Shown: positions 15,146 to 23,945 of the stretch, piece after piece
Layout: each line of letters begins with the position of its first letter
Numbering within the stretch: position 1 is the first letter of the stretch
DNA from: Horticoccus luteus
GTDB lineage: Bacteria; Verrucomicrobiota; Verrucomicrobiia; Opitutales; Opitutaceae
Assembly (NCBI RefSeq): GCF_019464535.1
Contig: NZ_CP080507.1
Span: forward strand, 1,170,001 to 1,202,000
DNA: 32,000 bases
Direction of reading: 5' to 3'
Program-made: the position numbers and the translations under genes
The notes under the pieces: generated by a model
Databases searched by the model: none
Told to the model about the DNA's origin: nothing
The model's input: only the letters and a program-made list of their open reading frames with translations

Positions 15146-16465
15146 ATGAGCTCTCCTTCGAATTTATCGTCTACCAGTGCCTGGTCGGCTGCTGCGCAGC
15201 TGGTCGCGCGCTGGCTTGAACGTCGGGAGCGCGTGGATGCGCTGCTGGAAAATCTTCCGCCCAAACTCGGCGCGGCCGAGCGCACGCGCGCCCACGGTCT
15301 CGTGCTCGGGGTGGTGCGGCATCATGCGCGGCTCGATGCAGCCACACGCGCGTGGCTGGCTCATCCGGCGCGGCCGATCACGCAGGCGGCGTTGTTGCTG
15401 GCGGGTTTTGAACTGATCGAATCGTCCGGCGAAATGCCGGATGGCCTGGCGGCGAAGATCGTGCATCACGCGGTGGAGCAGACGAAGCATCTGGCGAGCC
15501 CGGCGGAGGCGCGGCTCGTCAACGCCATCGTGCGCAAGCTGGCGACCTCGCTGCCCGCGCAGCCGGTGCCGGGACGGCTCGCGGACGCGGCGGCGCTGGC
15601 GGAGTATTTCTCCCATCCGGTCTGGCTGGTGCAACGCTGGCTCGCGCAGTTTGGCGCTGAGGCCACACGCCGGCTGCTCGAATGGAATCAGTCGCCGGCA
15701 CCGGTTTACGCGCGCTGGCGCGCCGGGGCGACAGCCGCGGGCGAAGCCGCGGTGGCGGTGCCCGATTTTCTCCGGCCGACGCAATGGGCGGGTTTTTACG
15801 AAGTGCCGCCGGGCCATTGGCGCGAGGTGGAGCGGTTGCTCGCGGCGGGGCAGGTTTATTTGCAGGATCCGTCGACGCGCCTGGCCGTCGAACTTCTCGC
15901 GCCGCAGCCGGGAGAAATGGTGGTCGACCTGTGTGCGGCGCCGGGCGGCAAGAGTGTGCTCATCGCGGATACGATGGGCGCGGGCCGGCTCGTCGCGTTC
16001 GACCTGCCGGGGGTGCGGCTGGATCGGTTAAAGGAAAATCTTGCGCGGACACGGGGCGTGGAGGTGGCGCTCGTGCAGGGCGATGTGTTGAAGGATGCGG
16101 GCAAGCTGCTGATCGAGCACAATCTGCCGTCGAATTATCCGGCGGTGCTGCTCGATGCTCCGTGCTCCAACACCGGCGTGATGCGGCATCGCGTGGACGT
16201 AAAATGGCGTCTGCAGGCGGGCGATTTCGCGCGGCATGCCGAGCAGCAACGGAAGATGTTGGTGGCGGCCGGGCGGCTCGTGCTGCCGGGCGGACGGCTG
16301 ATTTATTCCACGTGCAGCATTGATCCGGAGGAAAACGAGCAGGTGGTGGCGGCGTTTGTCGCGCAGACCCGCGGTTTGTTTTCCCGGGAGACAGAGGCGA
16401 TGGCGTGGCCGTGGGAATCGGCGCACGATGGTGCGGCAGTTTTCCGTCTGCGGCGGGCTGGTTGA
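15146..16465 (+). CDS. rsmB: 16S rRNA (cytosine-C5)-methyltransferase, RsmB/Sun (NOL1/NOP2/Sun) family
   Basis: NusB-like N-terminal region, then VVDLCAAPGGKS (SAM motif), LLDAPCSNTGVMRHRVDVKWR and GRLIYSTCSIDPEENEQVV (the two catalytic Cys motifs). ATG at 15146 preferred over the TTG at 15098. Confidence 0.85.
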   Translation: MSSPSNLSSTSAWSAAAQLVARWLERRERVDALLENLPPKLGAAERTRAHGLVLGVVRHHARLDAATRAWLAHPARPITQAALLLAGFELIESSGEMPDGLAAKIVHHAVEQTKHLASPAEARLVNAIVRKLATSLPAQPVPGRLADAAALAEYFSHPVWLVQRWLAQFGAEATRRLLEWNQSPAPVYARWRAGATAAGEAAVAVPDFLRPTQWAGFYEVPPGHWREVERLLAAGQVYLQDPSTRLAVELLAPQPGEMVVDLCAAPGGKSVLIADTMGAGRLVAFDLPGVRLDRLKENLARTRGVEVALVQGDVLKDAGKLLIEHNLPSNYPAVLLDAPCSNTGVMRHRVDVKWRLQAGDFARHAEQQRKMLVAAGRLVLPGGRLIYSTCSIDPEENEQVVAAFVAQTRGLFSRETEAMAWPWESAHDGAAVFRLRRAG

Positions 16466-16470
16466 GCGCG

Positions 16471-17700
16471 TCAGGGGACGAGCGAGAAAACGGGGATGCG
16501 GCGCTGAAACTCGTCGCGGCCGTTCAGAAACGTGAAGACGATCACGCCCCCATCGGCGACGAGTTCCTCATAGCGGCCGAGCGGCCAGGCGCTCACCGGC
16601 TCGCCGTTGATGCGCGTGATGAGATCGCCGGTCTGCGCGCCGGCCGCGGCGGCGGGTGAGTCGGGCACGACCGTGGCGACGCGCCAGTAAGCGGGGGTTT
16701 TATTGAAACTCAGACCGGAACTGAGGCGCGGCGTGGGCGGGATCGGCTCCATCGATTCGCGGTAAAAAGTCACCTGACTGCGCTCTTGGTCGAACGTGAC
16801 CGTAAAGTGGCGGAGAATGTCGCCGCCGATGGCGGAAAGTTCGTCCGTGAGATCGACCACCGGTCGCACGAGTTCATAGTTGCCGATCACCAAGCGCTCG
16901 CGCACCCGGCCGATTTGTTGGGTGCGGTCGCCGGTCAAGGTGCCGACGGAAACGCCCGTGCGCGGCGGGCGGACGAACGTGGGGTGGAGGCCGAGAGGAT
17001 TCAGGTGGAGGGCGGCATCGCTGCCGGAATCGATGAGGGCGACAAACGATTGATCGCCGAGCCGCACGGAAATGAGCGGCGTTTTCTGGCGGTTGTTGAA
17101 GGGAACGACGGAGCCCGGGAGCAACGCGGGAGAGTGGCGCGGCGCGAGCAGCACGCGGGAGTGAGGATAGTCGAGCGTCAGGATCGTCTCGCGGAAGAGC
17201 GGAAAGCCGAGGATGCCGTCGATCTGTACGCCGAGGTGCGCGGAGATCGCGGAGCAGTCGTAAACGAGGGCCGGCACGCTTTCGAACAAGGCGTCGCCGA
17301 GCTTCAGCCGCCGCAGCACGGTGCCGGGCAGTGTGGCAACGGTGCCATCGGCCGATCGGACATGGGCCGCGGGCACGCCGCCGGCGGGGCCTTTGATGCC
17401 TTGACTGGCGGCAAACTCGGCGCTGACCAGCGTGACGGACGAGCCCGTATCGATGATAAAGCGCGCAGGGCGGCGCTTCTCCCATTTGGCCTCCACGATG
17501 AGGTAGTTGCCGAGGAACTGCGTTGGCAGCTCGGTCTGGCGTTTATCGAGGGTGGTGCGGCCGGGTCGCGGCGGTTCATGCCGCCACGGCCACACGGTGC
17601 AGCCGCCAGCCAACGCGACGCAGACCAGAGCCAGCAGGAGCCGGGCGAAGCGCCCCGCGGCTATTTTTGCGGGCGGGGAAGGGGCAACGCGAGAAACCAT
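16471..17700 (-). CDS. Lipoprotein with tandem retropepsin-like aspartic protease domains and a C-terminal PDZ domain
   Basis: Internal ATG at 17700. Signal peptide plus lipobox: RFARLLLALVCVALAGGC. Two D(T/S)G motifs: FIIDTGSSVTLVS and ALIDSGSDAALHL. PDZ-like: VATVVPDSPAAAAGAQTGDLITRINGEPV. It overlaps the 3' end of the upstream MFS gene by 40 nt. Confidence 0.8.
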   Translation of the reverse strand: MVSRVAPSPPAKIAAGRFARLLLALVCVALAGGCTVWPWRHEPPRPGRTTLDKRQTELPTQFLGNYLIVEAKWEKRRPARFIIDTGSSVTLVSAEFAASQGIKGPAGGVPAAHVRSADGTVATLPGTVLRRLKLGDALFESVPALVYDCSAISAHLGVQIDGILGFPLFRETILTLDYPHSRVLLAPRHSPALLPGSVVPFNNRQKTPLISVRLGDQSFVALIDSGSDAALHLNPLGLHPTFVRPPRTGVSVGTLTGDRTQQIGRVRERLVIGNYELVRPVVDLTDELSAIGGDILRHFTVTFDQERSQVTFYRESMEPIPPTPRLSSGLSFNKTPAYWRVATVVPDSPAAAAGAQTGDLITRINGEPVSAWPLGRYEELVADGGVIVFTFLNGRDEFQRRIPVFSLVP

Positions 17701-18971
17701 GGTGCCAACACGATCGCGGCCGCCAGCAGGTAAGTCACGGTGGCGCCCTGCCACCAGTAGAACAAACATGCCACGACCGGCCCGATGCCGCGGGCCAGGG
17801 AACCGAGAGAGCGGAAGACGCCCAACGTGCGACCCTGCTGCGCGGGTGGGCTATAAAGCGACACGAGGGAGGATACGGACGGGTTGATCAAACCAGCGCC
17901 CACGCCGATGGCGCCGAGGCCGGTGTAGAGCAGGGCCGCACCGCGGGACAAACCGACCAGCGCGATGCCGAGGCACACGCAGAGCAGGCCCGTGAGCAGC
18001 ACGGGTTTCTCGCCAAAGCGGGGCACGGCGCGCCGCACCAGACCGCCTTGCGTGAAGATCAGCACGAGCCCGAGGAAAACGAAAATCTTGAACATATCGG
18101 TCGGTTCATACGCGAACCGATCCTTGGCCAAGAAGGGCAGGGAAAACTCCATGCCGCTAAACGCCAGGGTGAAGATGAAGTAGAGCCAGTTCGTGCGGCG
18201 GGCGGGACCGGCTTTGGCGTGGAGCAGTTCGTGCAACGGGTGGCGGATGCGGACACGCTCGTTTTCGCCGCTGTGCGCCGGGTCGAGCGTTTCGCGAAAG
18301 CGCACCGCCACCCAGACGAGGTTGACGAGGCTGAAGGCAAACGCGAGCAGCGCCGCGAACGAGAACGGGTTAACGCCGAAGCGCGTCAGGCCGGGATGAT
18401 GCAGCGTGAAATCGTGGAACGCAGCGAGGCTGCCGATCGCAGGGCCGAACAGAAAACCGAGGCCGAACGCCACGCCGATGATGCCCATGCCCTTGGCGCG
18501 ATTTTCGCGCGTGGTCACGTCGGCGACGGCGGCAGTCGCGACCGACAAGTTGCCGGCGAAAGCGCCACCGATCAGACGGGCGACGATGAACAACAAGAAC
18601 GATCCGCTGAAAAACCACAGCACGTAGCTCAGGGTCGTGCCGGCGACGGTCATCAACAGCACACGGCGCCGGCCGATGCGATCGGACAACGTTCCCCACA
18701 GAGGAGCGAACAGGAATTGGAGGAACGCGTAGAGCGAGCCGAGGACGCCGCCAAACAAGACCTCGCGGTAGTTGCTATGCGAACCGGCGAGGCGCGCGAA
18801 ATGATCGATCTGCGCGAGCAGCCAGCCCAGTCCGCCGCCCGAACCGTCCGCGCGCAGGTAATGTTCCAGAATCGCGGGGAAGAGCGGGAAGATGATCGTG
18901 AAGCCGAGCAGATCGATGAAGATCGTGAGAAAGATCACGCCCAGGGAGAGCGGACGTTCCGGCGACTTCAT
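17661..18971 (-). CDS. MFS transporter (drug:H+ antiporter / TetA-like)
   Basis: 12-TM-like profile. MFS motif A: GTLSDRIGRRRVLL. N-terminus LSLGVIFLTIFIDLLGFTIIFPLFP is typical of the TCR/TetA-like subfamily. ATG at 18971 chosen; the track start 18989 is a GTG. Confidence 0.85.
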   Translation of the reverse strand: MKSPERPLSLGVIFLTIFIDLLGFTIIFPLFPAILEHYLRADGSGGGLGWLLAQIDHFARLAGSHSNYREVLFGGVLGSLYAFLQFLFAPLWGTLSDRIGRRRVLLMTVAGTTLSYVLWFFSGSFLLFIVARLIGGAFAGNLSVATAAVADVTTRENRAKGMGIIGVAFGLGFLFGPAIGSLAAFHDFTLHHPGLTRFGVNPFSFAALLAFAFSLVNLVWVAVRFRETLDPAHSGENERVRIRHPLHELLHAKAGPARRTNWLYFIFTLAFSGMEFSLPFLAKDRFAYEPTDMFKIFVFLGLVLIFTQGGLVRRAVPRFGEKPVLLTGLLCVCLGIALVGLSRGAALLYTGLGAIGVGAGLINPSVSSLVSLYSPPAQQGRTLGVFRSLGSLARGIGPVVACLFYWWQGATVTYLLAAAIVLAPWFLALPLPRPQK

Positions 18972-19064
18972 TGAGGAGGTGAGGGTCACGAGGGTGGCAA
19001 CAGATACGCTTCAACCGCGGGATGCAACGCGCACAAGGATGCGCGGCGTCGACGCGGTCGGAGT

Positions 19065-20330
19065 TTACAGGTGATACGGCAGCGGATAGCGCGCCGTGAG
19101 CGCGAGCACGCGTTGCTTCACGTTCGCGATCGCCTCGGCCTGCCCGGGTGTGCCGATGGCGGCGAGCACCGTGTCGATGCAAGCGGCGATCTCGACCATG
19201 TCGGTTTCGTTCATGCCGCGGGTGGTGACGGCGGGTGTGCCGAGGCGGATGCCAGACGCTTGAAACGGCGAACGCGTTTCGAACGGCACGGTGTTTTTGT
19301 TACACGTGATGTTGGCGTGATCGAGCGTCTCTTGGGAGACTTTGCCGGTGAGCTCGGCGAATTTGCCCCGCAGATCGACGAGCATGAGGTGATTGTCGGT
19401 GCCGCCGGAGACGATTTTGTAGCCGTGCCCCAGCATCGCGGCGCAAAGCGCCTGCGCGTTCTTGATGATTTGCGCGGAGTAGGTCTTGAACTCGGGCTTG
19501 AGGCATTCGCCGAAGCAAACGGCTTTGCCGGCGATGACGTGCATGAGCGGCCCGCCCTGCGTGCCCGGGAAAACCGCGGAGTCGACCGCTTTCGCGTGCG
19601 CCGCGCGGCAAAGGATGAGGCCGCCACGGGGGCCGCGCAGCGTCTTGTGCGTGGTGGTGGTGACGAAATCGGCGTGGGGAACGGGGGAAGGATGCACGCC
19701 GGCGGCGACAAGGCCGGCGATGTGGGCGATGTCGGCGAAGAGGTAAGCGCCGTTGGCGCGGGCGATTTCGCCCATGCGCGCGAAATCGATCGTGCGGGAG
19801 TAAGCGCTGGCGCCGACGGTGATCATCTTCGGCTTCTCGCGCGCGGCGACCGCGGCGAGTTCATCGTAATCGAGGCGGCCGTTGTCCTCGCGGACGCCGT
19901 ATTGGCAGAATTGATAGAGTTTGCCGGAGAAGTTCGCGGGATTGCCGTGCGTGAGATGGCCGCCGTGCGAAAGATTCATGCCGAGCACCTTGTCGCCGGG
20001 CGAGAGCACGGCGGCGTAGACGGCGGTGTTGGCCTGCGCGCCGGAGTGCGGCTGCACGTTCGCGTAGTCGGCGCCGAAGAGCTGCTTCGCGCGGTCGATC
20101 GCGAACTGCTCAACTTTGTCCACCTGCTCGCAGCCGCCATACCAGCGTTTGCCGGGGTAGCCTTCGGCATATTTGTTGGTGAGCACACTGCCCTGAGCCT
20201 CCATCACGGCTGGGTAGGTGAAGTTTTCGGAGGCGATGAGTTCGACGTGGCTTTGCTGACGCGCGAGTTCGGCGGAGATGGCAGCAAAGACGTCGGGATC
20301 GAGGGTTTTAAGCGGCGCGGCGTGGAGCAT
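19065..20330 (-). CDS. glyA: Serine hydroxymethyltransferase
   Basis: Internal ATG at 20330: [37 protein letters not shown]..., [39 protein letters not shown] and [14 protein letters not shown] (PLP-lysine motif). The track's N-terminal 48 aa are R/S-rich. Confidence 0.95.
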   Translation of the reverse strand: MLHAAPLKTLDPDVFAAISAELARQQSHVELIASENFTYPAVMEAQGSVLTNKYAEGYPGKRWYGGCEQVDKVEQFAIDRAKQLFGADYANVQPHSGAQANTAVYAAVLSPGDKVLGMNLSHGGHLTHGNPANFSGKLYQFCQYGVREDNGRLDYDELAAVAAREKPKMITVGASAYSRTIDFARMGEIARANGAYLFADIAHIAGLVAAGVHPSPVPHADFVTTTTHKTLRGPRGGLILCRAAHAKAVDSAVFPGTQGGPLMHVIAGKAVCFGECLKPEFKTYSAQIIKNAQALCAAMLGHGYKIVSGGTDNHLMLVDLRGKFAELTGKVSQETLDHANITCNKNTVPFETRSPFQASGIRLGTPAVTTRGMNETDMVEIAACIDTVLAAIGTPGQAEAIANVKQRVLALTARYPLPYHL

Positions 20331-20521
20331 GACGTGCCCGCGAATCACGCCCAAGCGCTCCGCGGAGGCAAAGGTTTTTCTGCGGATTCGTGCGAGTCGC
20401 CTGTCGCGCGGAGCTGACGAGCGGCGTGAGGGCCGACGTTGGTCACGTGGGCTTCCTGCCGCGGAAGAAAGCACGCGGGCGGAGGGCGCGCTGCGAGCGG
20501 ATGCCGGCGCCGGGACGTCGC

Positions 20522-21016
20522 TTATTGAGCGCGGGCCGGAGAGACGAGCGTCTCAAGAAAGCGCACCAAGCTCGGGATGGCCTCGACCATTTCGTCGCGG
20601 CAGCGTTCGTAAACGGGCAGCGGAGCGCCGTAGGGATCGGCGATTTCCCGGGGCGAACCGGCCGGCATGAACTCGCGGAAAAGGTGCAGGTGCGGTGGCA
20701 CTGGCTCGGCTTGCAGGTGGATCAACGTGCGGTGCGATTCGCTCATGCAGATGACGGCGAGCGCTTCATCGATGAGCTTTTGAGTGAGCGGCTGGCTGCG
20801 GTGGCCGGCGATATCGATGCCGACTTTGCGCAACGCCGTTACGGAGTGCTCGGAGACGAGTTCGCCGTTGCGCGCGGCAACGCCGGCGGAAATCACCCGC
20901 AAGGAACGCAAGGGGCCCGACTGCCCCGCGAGGGCATGACGCAACAATCCCTCACCCATTGGGCTACGGCAGATGTTGGCCGTGCACACCATGATCACCG
21001 GACCGGAAGCAGACAT
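20522..21016 (-). CDS. Low-molecular-weight protein-tyrosine phosphatase
   Basis: [17 protein letters not shown] (CX5R(S/T) P-loop) and the DPYG general-acid motif near the C-terminus; 164 aa. Confidence 0.9.
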   Translation of the reverse strand: MSASGPVIMVCTANICRSPMGEGLLRHALAGQSGPLRSLRVISAGVAARNGELVSEHSVTALRKVGIDIAGHRSQPLTQKLIDEALAVICMSESHRTLIHLQAEPVPPHLHLFREFMPAGSPREIADPYGAPLPVYERCRDEMVEAIPSLVRFLETLVSPARAQ

Positions 21017-21085
21017 GGCGGTGAATGGATAAGATTCTGCCGCAAAAGCAAAACCCGACTGGCCGCGTCGCGGCGCGAGGGTCGG

Positions 21086-21763
21086 CTAGATTTTCTTCAA
21101 CGCGACCAACGCCCGGTGCAGTTGCACGGCGCGCTGGAGCACCGCATCGACCGGCGCAGCGGGTGGAGGAGCCGGCGGGGCCGCGGGCGCAGCGGAAGCT
21201 TCGTCGCCGCCGACGTCCGCATCCTCGTCCGCTTCGGCTTGGGCCGGGGCGAGCCGATCACGCGCGAGCGCCGCTTCGTCGTGGCGTTCCTTGTGGGGCT
21301 CGGCGGCAATCAAATCGGCGATCGCCGTGCCGTTTTCGAGTGCGTCATACGCCCGACGGTCCTCGGTGGGGGAAATCGCAACGGTGATATCGGCGGTGGC
21401 GTGGCGGCTCGCAGACTCCAAAGTGAGGACGCCCGGCCGGCCCGGCGCGGCGGTCGCCGCTTGGCGCAGGGAGGAACTCGTTTGAGTGTTGAGGAGAACG
21501 AAGACGGCGCGTTTGGCGTTGCCGCGAAAATCGAGCCAAGCGGCCAAGGCGGTCGCAGCGTCGCGATCGCCGGTGACGTTGCGCAAATCGAGGACGACGG
21601 CGCCCGCTTTCAGCTCGGATGGAGGCAGATCGGCGGGAAGATGGTGGGCGCGGTAATACGTGAGGCCGCCGCCGAGATCCTGAGTGAGCGGCGTGGCGGA
21701 GGCGAAAACGGCGACGCTTAAAACCCCGAGGGCGACAAAGGCGGAGCGGAGAAAGGTTTTCAT
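21086..21763 (-). CDS. Secreted hypothetical protein with an acidic/Pro-Ala-rich C-terminal half
   Basis: Internal ATG at 21763 forms an ATGA overlap with the purD stop (21760-21762). Signal peptide: MKTFLRSAFVALGVLSVAVFASA. The segment GAVVLDLRNVTGDRDAATALAAWL resembles the S41-peptidase 'vIlDLRnN.GG' strand, but I see no catalytic Ser/Lys motifs. The track's first 159 aa are R-rich shadow. Confidence 0.7.
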   Translation of the reverse strand: MKTFLRSAFVALGVLSVAVFASATPLTQDLGGGLTYYRAHHLPADLPPSELKAGAVVLDLRNVTGDRDAATALAAWLDFRGNAKRAVFVLLNTQTSSSLRQAATAAPGRPGVLTLESASRHATADITVAISPTEDRRAYDALENGTAIADLIAAEPHKERHDEAALARDRLAPAQAEADEDADVGGDEASAAPAAPPAPPPAAPVDAVLQRAVQLHRALVALKKI

Positions 21764-23052
21764 CGGCGGTGAAGCTGGCGCGCACCAATGTCGCGACGGT
21801 AATACTTGGAGCGGCACTCGATCGCAGCGCAAACCGCATAGGCGTCGGCGGCGGCCTTTTCGAGGGTGGGCGCAATCGCGGTCACGCCGAGCACGCGTCC
21901 GCCGTTGGTGGTGAAGTTGCCGTCCTGGTCGCGCGCGGTGCCGGCGTGCAGAATCGCCACACCGCCCGGAATCGTGGTGGGCAGTTGAATCACATCGCCG
22001 CGCGGATAAGCGTCGGGATAACCGCGCGCGGCGATGACGACGCAAACGGCGTGGGCTGATTTCACGCGCAGCGTGTAACCCGCGAGGCTGCCTTGGGCGG
22101 CGCGCCAGAGGAGATCGAGAAGATCGCTTTCGAGGCGCGGTAGCACGACCTGCGTTTCCGGATCGCCGAAACGGGTGTTGTATTCGAGCACGCTCGGACC
22201 GTGTGCGGTGAGCATGACGCCGATAAAAAGGGTGCCACAAAACGCCATGCCCTCGTCGGCGATCGCGTTGACGGAGGGTTGCACGATGTCGCGCTCGATT
22301 TGCGCGAGGAGGTCGGGGGTGACGATGTCGGCGGGCGAGTAGGTGCCCATGCCGCCGGTGTTGGGGCCGGTGTCGCCATCGCCGATGCGTTTGTGGTCCT
22401 GCGAGGTGGGCAAGACGACGTAGTCGCGGCCGGAGACGACGACGAGGATCGAGGTTTCTTCGCCGACGAGACAGTCTTCGATCAGGATCTGGCTGCCGGC
22501 GGCGCCGTATTTATTGCCGGCGAGCATGTCGCGCACGGCGCTCTCAGCTTCGGTGAGCGTGGCGGCGACGACGACGCCTTTGCCCGCGGCGAGTCCATCG
22601 GCCTTGATCACGATCGGGATCGGGCGCGTGCGCACGTAGGCGAGCGCGGAGTCGAGTTCGGTGAAGAAACCAGCGGCGGCGGTGGGGATCGCGTATTTCA
22701 GCAGCAGTCGTTTTGTGAATGTCTTTGACGCTTCGAGGCGGGCCCCGTCGGCGGTGGGGCCGTAAACGGCGATGCCGGCGGCTTGCAACGCATCGGCGAG
22801 ACCGAGGGAAAGCGGCACTTCCGGGCCGACGACGACGAAGTCGACGTGTTCGCGGCGCGCGAGTTCGACGAGGCCGGAGACGTTATCCGCGGCGACGGAG
22901 AAACAGGTGGCGTGTTGGGCGATGCCGGCGTTGCCGGGTGCGCAGGAGACGCGGGGGCGGGCGGGCGAGTTGCGCAGCGCGAGAACGAGGGCGTGTTCGC
23001 GACCGCCGGAGCCGACGACCAGGACGTGACGAGGGAGTGCGGTTGAAGCCAC
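21760..23052 (-). CDS. purD: Phosphoribosylamine--glycine ligase
   Basis: HVLVVGSGGREHALVLAL, VVVGPEVPL, IKADGLAAGKGV, ILIEDCLVGEE, VLEYNTRFGDPE and GGRVLGV are full-length PurD (ATP-grasp) motifs. GTG start (rc of 23050-23052). Confidence 0.95.
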   Translation of the reverse strand: MASTALPRHVLVVGSGGREHALVLALRNSPARPRVSCAPGNAGIAQHATCFSVAADNVSGLVELARREHVDFVVVGPEVPLSLGLADALQAAGIAVYGPTADGARLEASKTFTKRLLLKYAIPTAAAGFFTELDSALAYVRTRPIPIVIKADGLAAGKGVVVAATLTEAESAVRDMLAGNKYGAAGSQILIEDCLVGEETSILVVVSGRDYVVLPTSQDHKRIGDGDTGPNTGGMGTYSPADIVTPDLLAQIERDIVQPSVNAIADEGMAFCGTLFIGVMLTAHGPSVLEYNTRFGDPETQVVLPRLESDLLDLLWRAAQGSLAGYTLRVKSAHAVCVVIAARGYPDAYPRGDVIQLPTTIPGGVAILHAGTARDQDGNFTTNGGRVLGVTAIAPTLEKAAADAYAVCAAIECRSKYYRRDIGARQLHRR

Positions 23053-23381
23053 GCGGCGAAAAACACAGAGCCGCGCGCGAGTGGCAAGGCCGGGTTACGG
23101 CAGCAAAGAGTTTTCACGATAGCTGCCACGCGCCGGCTCGCCCAAGCAGATTTTGATCCGGGGCGCACCGGCGAGCGCGACGCCGCGGATGGCATCCAAG
23201 GGAGCAGAGGGCGGGGCGAGTGCGACCGCTTACCGCGCGTTCGCACGCCCGATTATTCGCAAGGTGGAATGTTAACAGCGCGCGGACGATGCGTGCCAAG
23301 TGCATTCGCGAATGGACCACGCCACAGTGAAAATCCCGAGCAGGAGGGCGCTTCCGGCCATGACGGGCGCCCATTGCCGCA

Positions 23382-23399
23382 CATGGTGGGCCCACCATG
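23382..23399. repeat. Perfect 18-bp palindrome catggtgggcccaccatg in a gene-poor gap (possible operator or hairpin)
   Basis: Read directly: c23382..g23399 is self-complementary over all 9+9 positions. It lies ~90 nt upstream of the candidate small ORF at 23489. Confidence 0.5.
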
Positions 23400-23488
23400 C
23401 GAGGCGCCCCAATTCGACCGGTTGCGTTACAGCCAGCCAAGCCCCAGACCTGCCGGCCAACGGTCTTTGCCCATATTGGAACGGTGCG

Positions 23489-23761
23489 ATGCTGGGCGTC
23501 TTTCTGGAATCGTCGTTGCTACAGCCCATTCTTCCGGCGCAACTCCGGCGAGCTTTTGCGGAACGCCCGGGCTCTCGCCTCAAGTCCGCAGACATTCATT
23601 CGCGATGGCTTGCTGCGGGCACGGAGAGATTGATGGCGCTCGGGCCGACCCTCGTCTTCATGGGCGCCCTGATGCTCGCTGGGGCAATATGGTTGTGGGC
23701 ACGCCGGCCGCGAATGCGCGATGATGACGAGGATGGTTTGGTTGGCGGAGTAATCCAATAG
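23489..23761 (+). CDS. Candidate 90-aa single-TM hypothetical protein (weak call)
   Basis: MLGVFLESSLLQPILPAQLRRAFAERPGSRLKSADIHSRWLAAGTERLMALGPTLVFMGALMLAGAIWLWARRPRMRDDDEDGLVGGVIQ has one clear hydrophobic helix followed by positive then acidic residues. Third-position GC is moderately high. No homology recognised, and competing ORFs exist on both strands. Confidence 0.3.
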   Translation: MLGVFLESSLLQPILPAQLRRAFAERPGSRLKSADIHSRWLAAGTERLMALGPTLVFMGALMLAGAIWLWARRPRMRDDDEDGLVGGVIQ

Positions 23762-23945
23762 CTCAATAGGCAGGCCCTGATCTTCTGACTAGAGTGGCAT
23801 GTGGCACGCGTGGCGGAGCCAAGTCCCGGCCAAAGCGCGCGTACCTCCGCCCTGTGTCATGCACGGCCGCTCGCCGAAATTGGCGGAAATAAACCGAGCA
23901 AGTTCGGCGCGGTGGCTCGGCGCATTTCGACGGAACTGAGGCGAG

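Noticed and set aside
18990-19064. Short hairpin cgcgca-caagga-tgcgcg downstream of glyA
   Set aside because: It has only a 6-bp stem and no U-tract on the minus strand, so I do not call it a terminator.
20331-20521. Possible ZTP (pfl) riboswitch in the ~190-nt glyA leader. The minus strand contains CGUGAC...GCGCUUGGGCG, reminiscent of the GUGACUGGCG and CCGCCUGGGC boxes.
   Set aside because: The resemblance is partial. I could not build the P1/P2/P3 helices or the pseudoknot by hand, and the conserved C before UGGGC is a U. It needs cmsearch with RF01750; a bit score above the gathering threshold would overturn this rejection.
17523-21721. Three long plus-strand ORFs (17523..18974, 19071..20417, 20390..21721)
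   Set aside because: They are antisense to the MFS transporter, to glyA and to the LMW-PTP/hypothetical genes respectively. Their composition is shadow-like (R/G/E/D/H), and the opposite-strand genes have definitive motifs.
23053-23270. Same question for the purD leader. The minus strand contains GGGCGUGCGAACGCG and CUGCUUGGGCG, and shares GCUUGGGCG with the glyA leader.
   Set aside because: Again this is only box-level similarity, and the P3 pairing does not run into the UGGGC tail as in the consensus. The shared 9-mer could be chance in GC-rich DNA. It should be tested with Infernal rather than asserted.
23114-23595. Minus-strand ORFs 23114..23440 (108 aa) and 23272..23595 (107 aa), plus 23789..23977 (62 aa)
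   Set aside because: They are R/C/W-rich with no motifs, they overlap one another and the plus-strand candidate, and the last overlaps the ispD 3' end. I cannot support them as genes.
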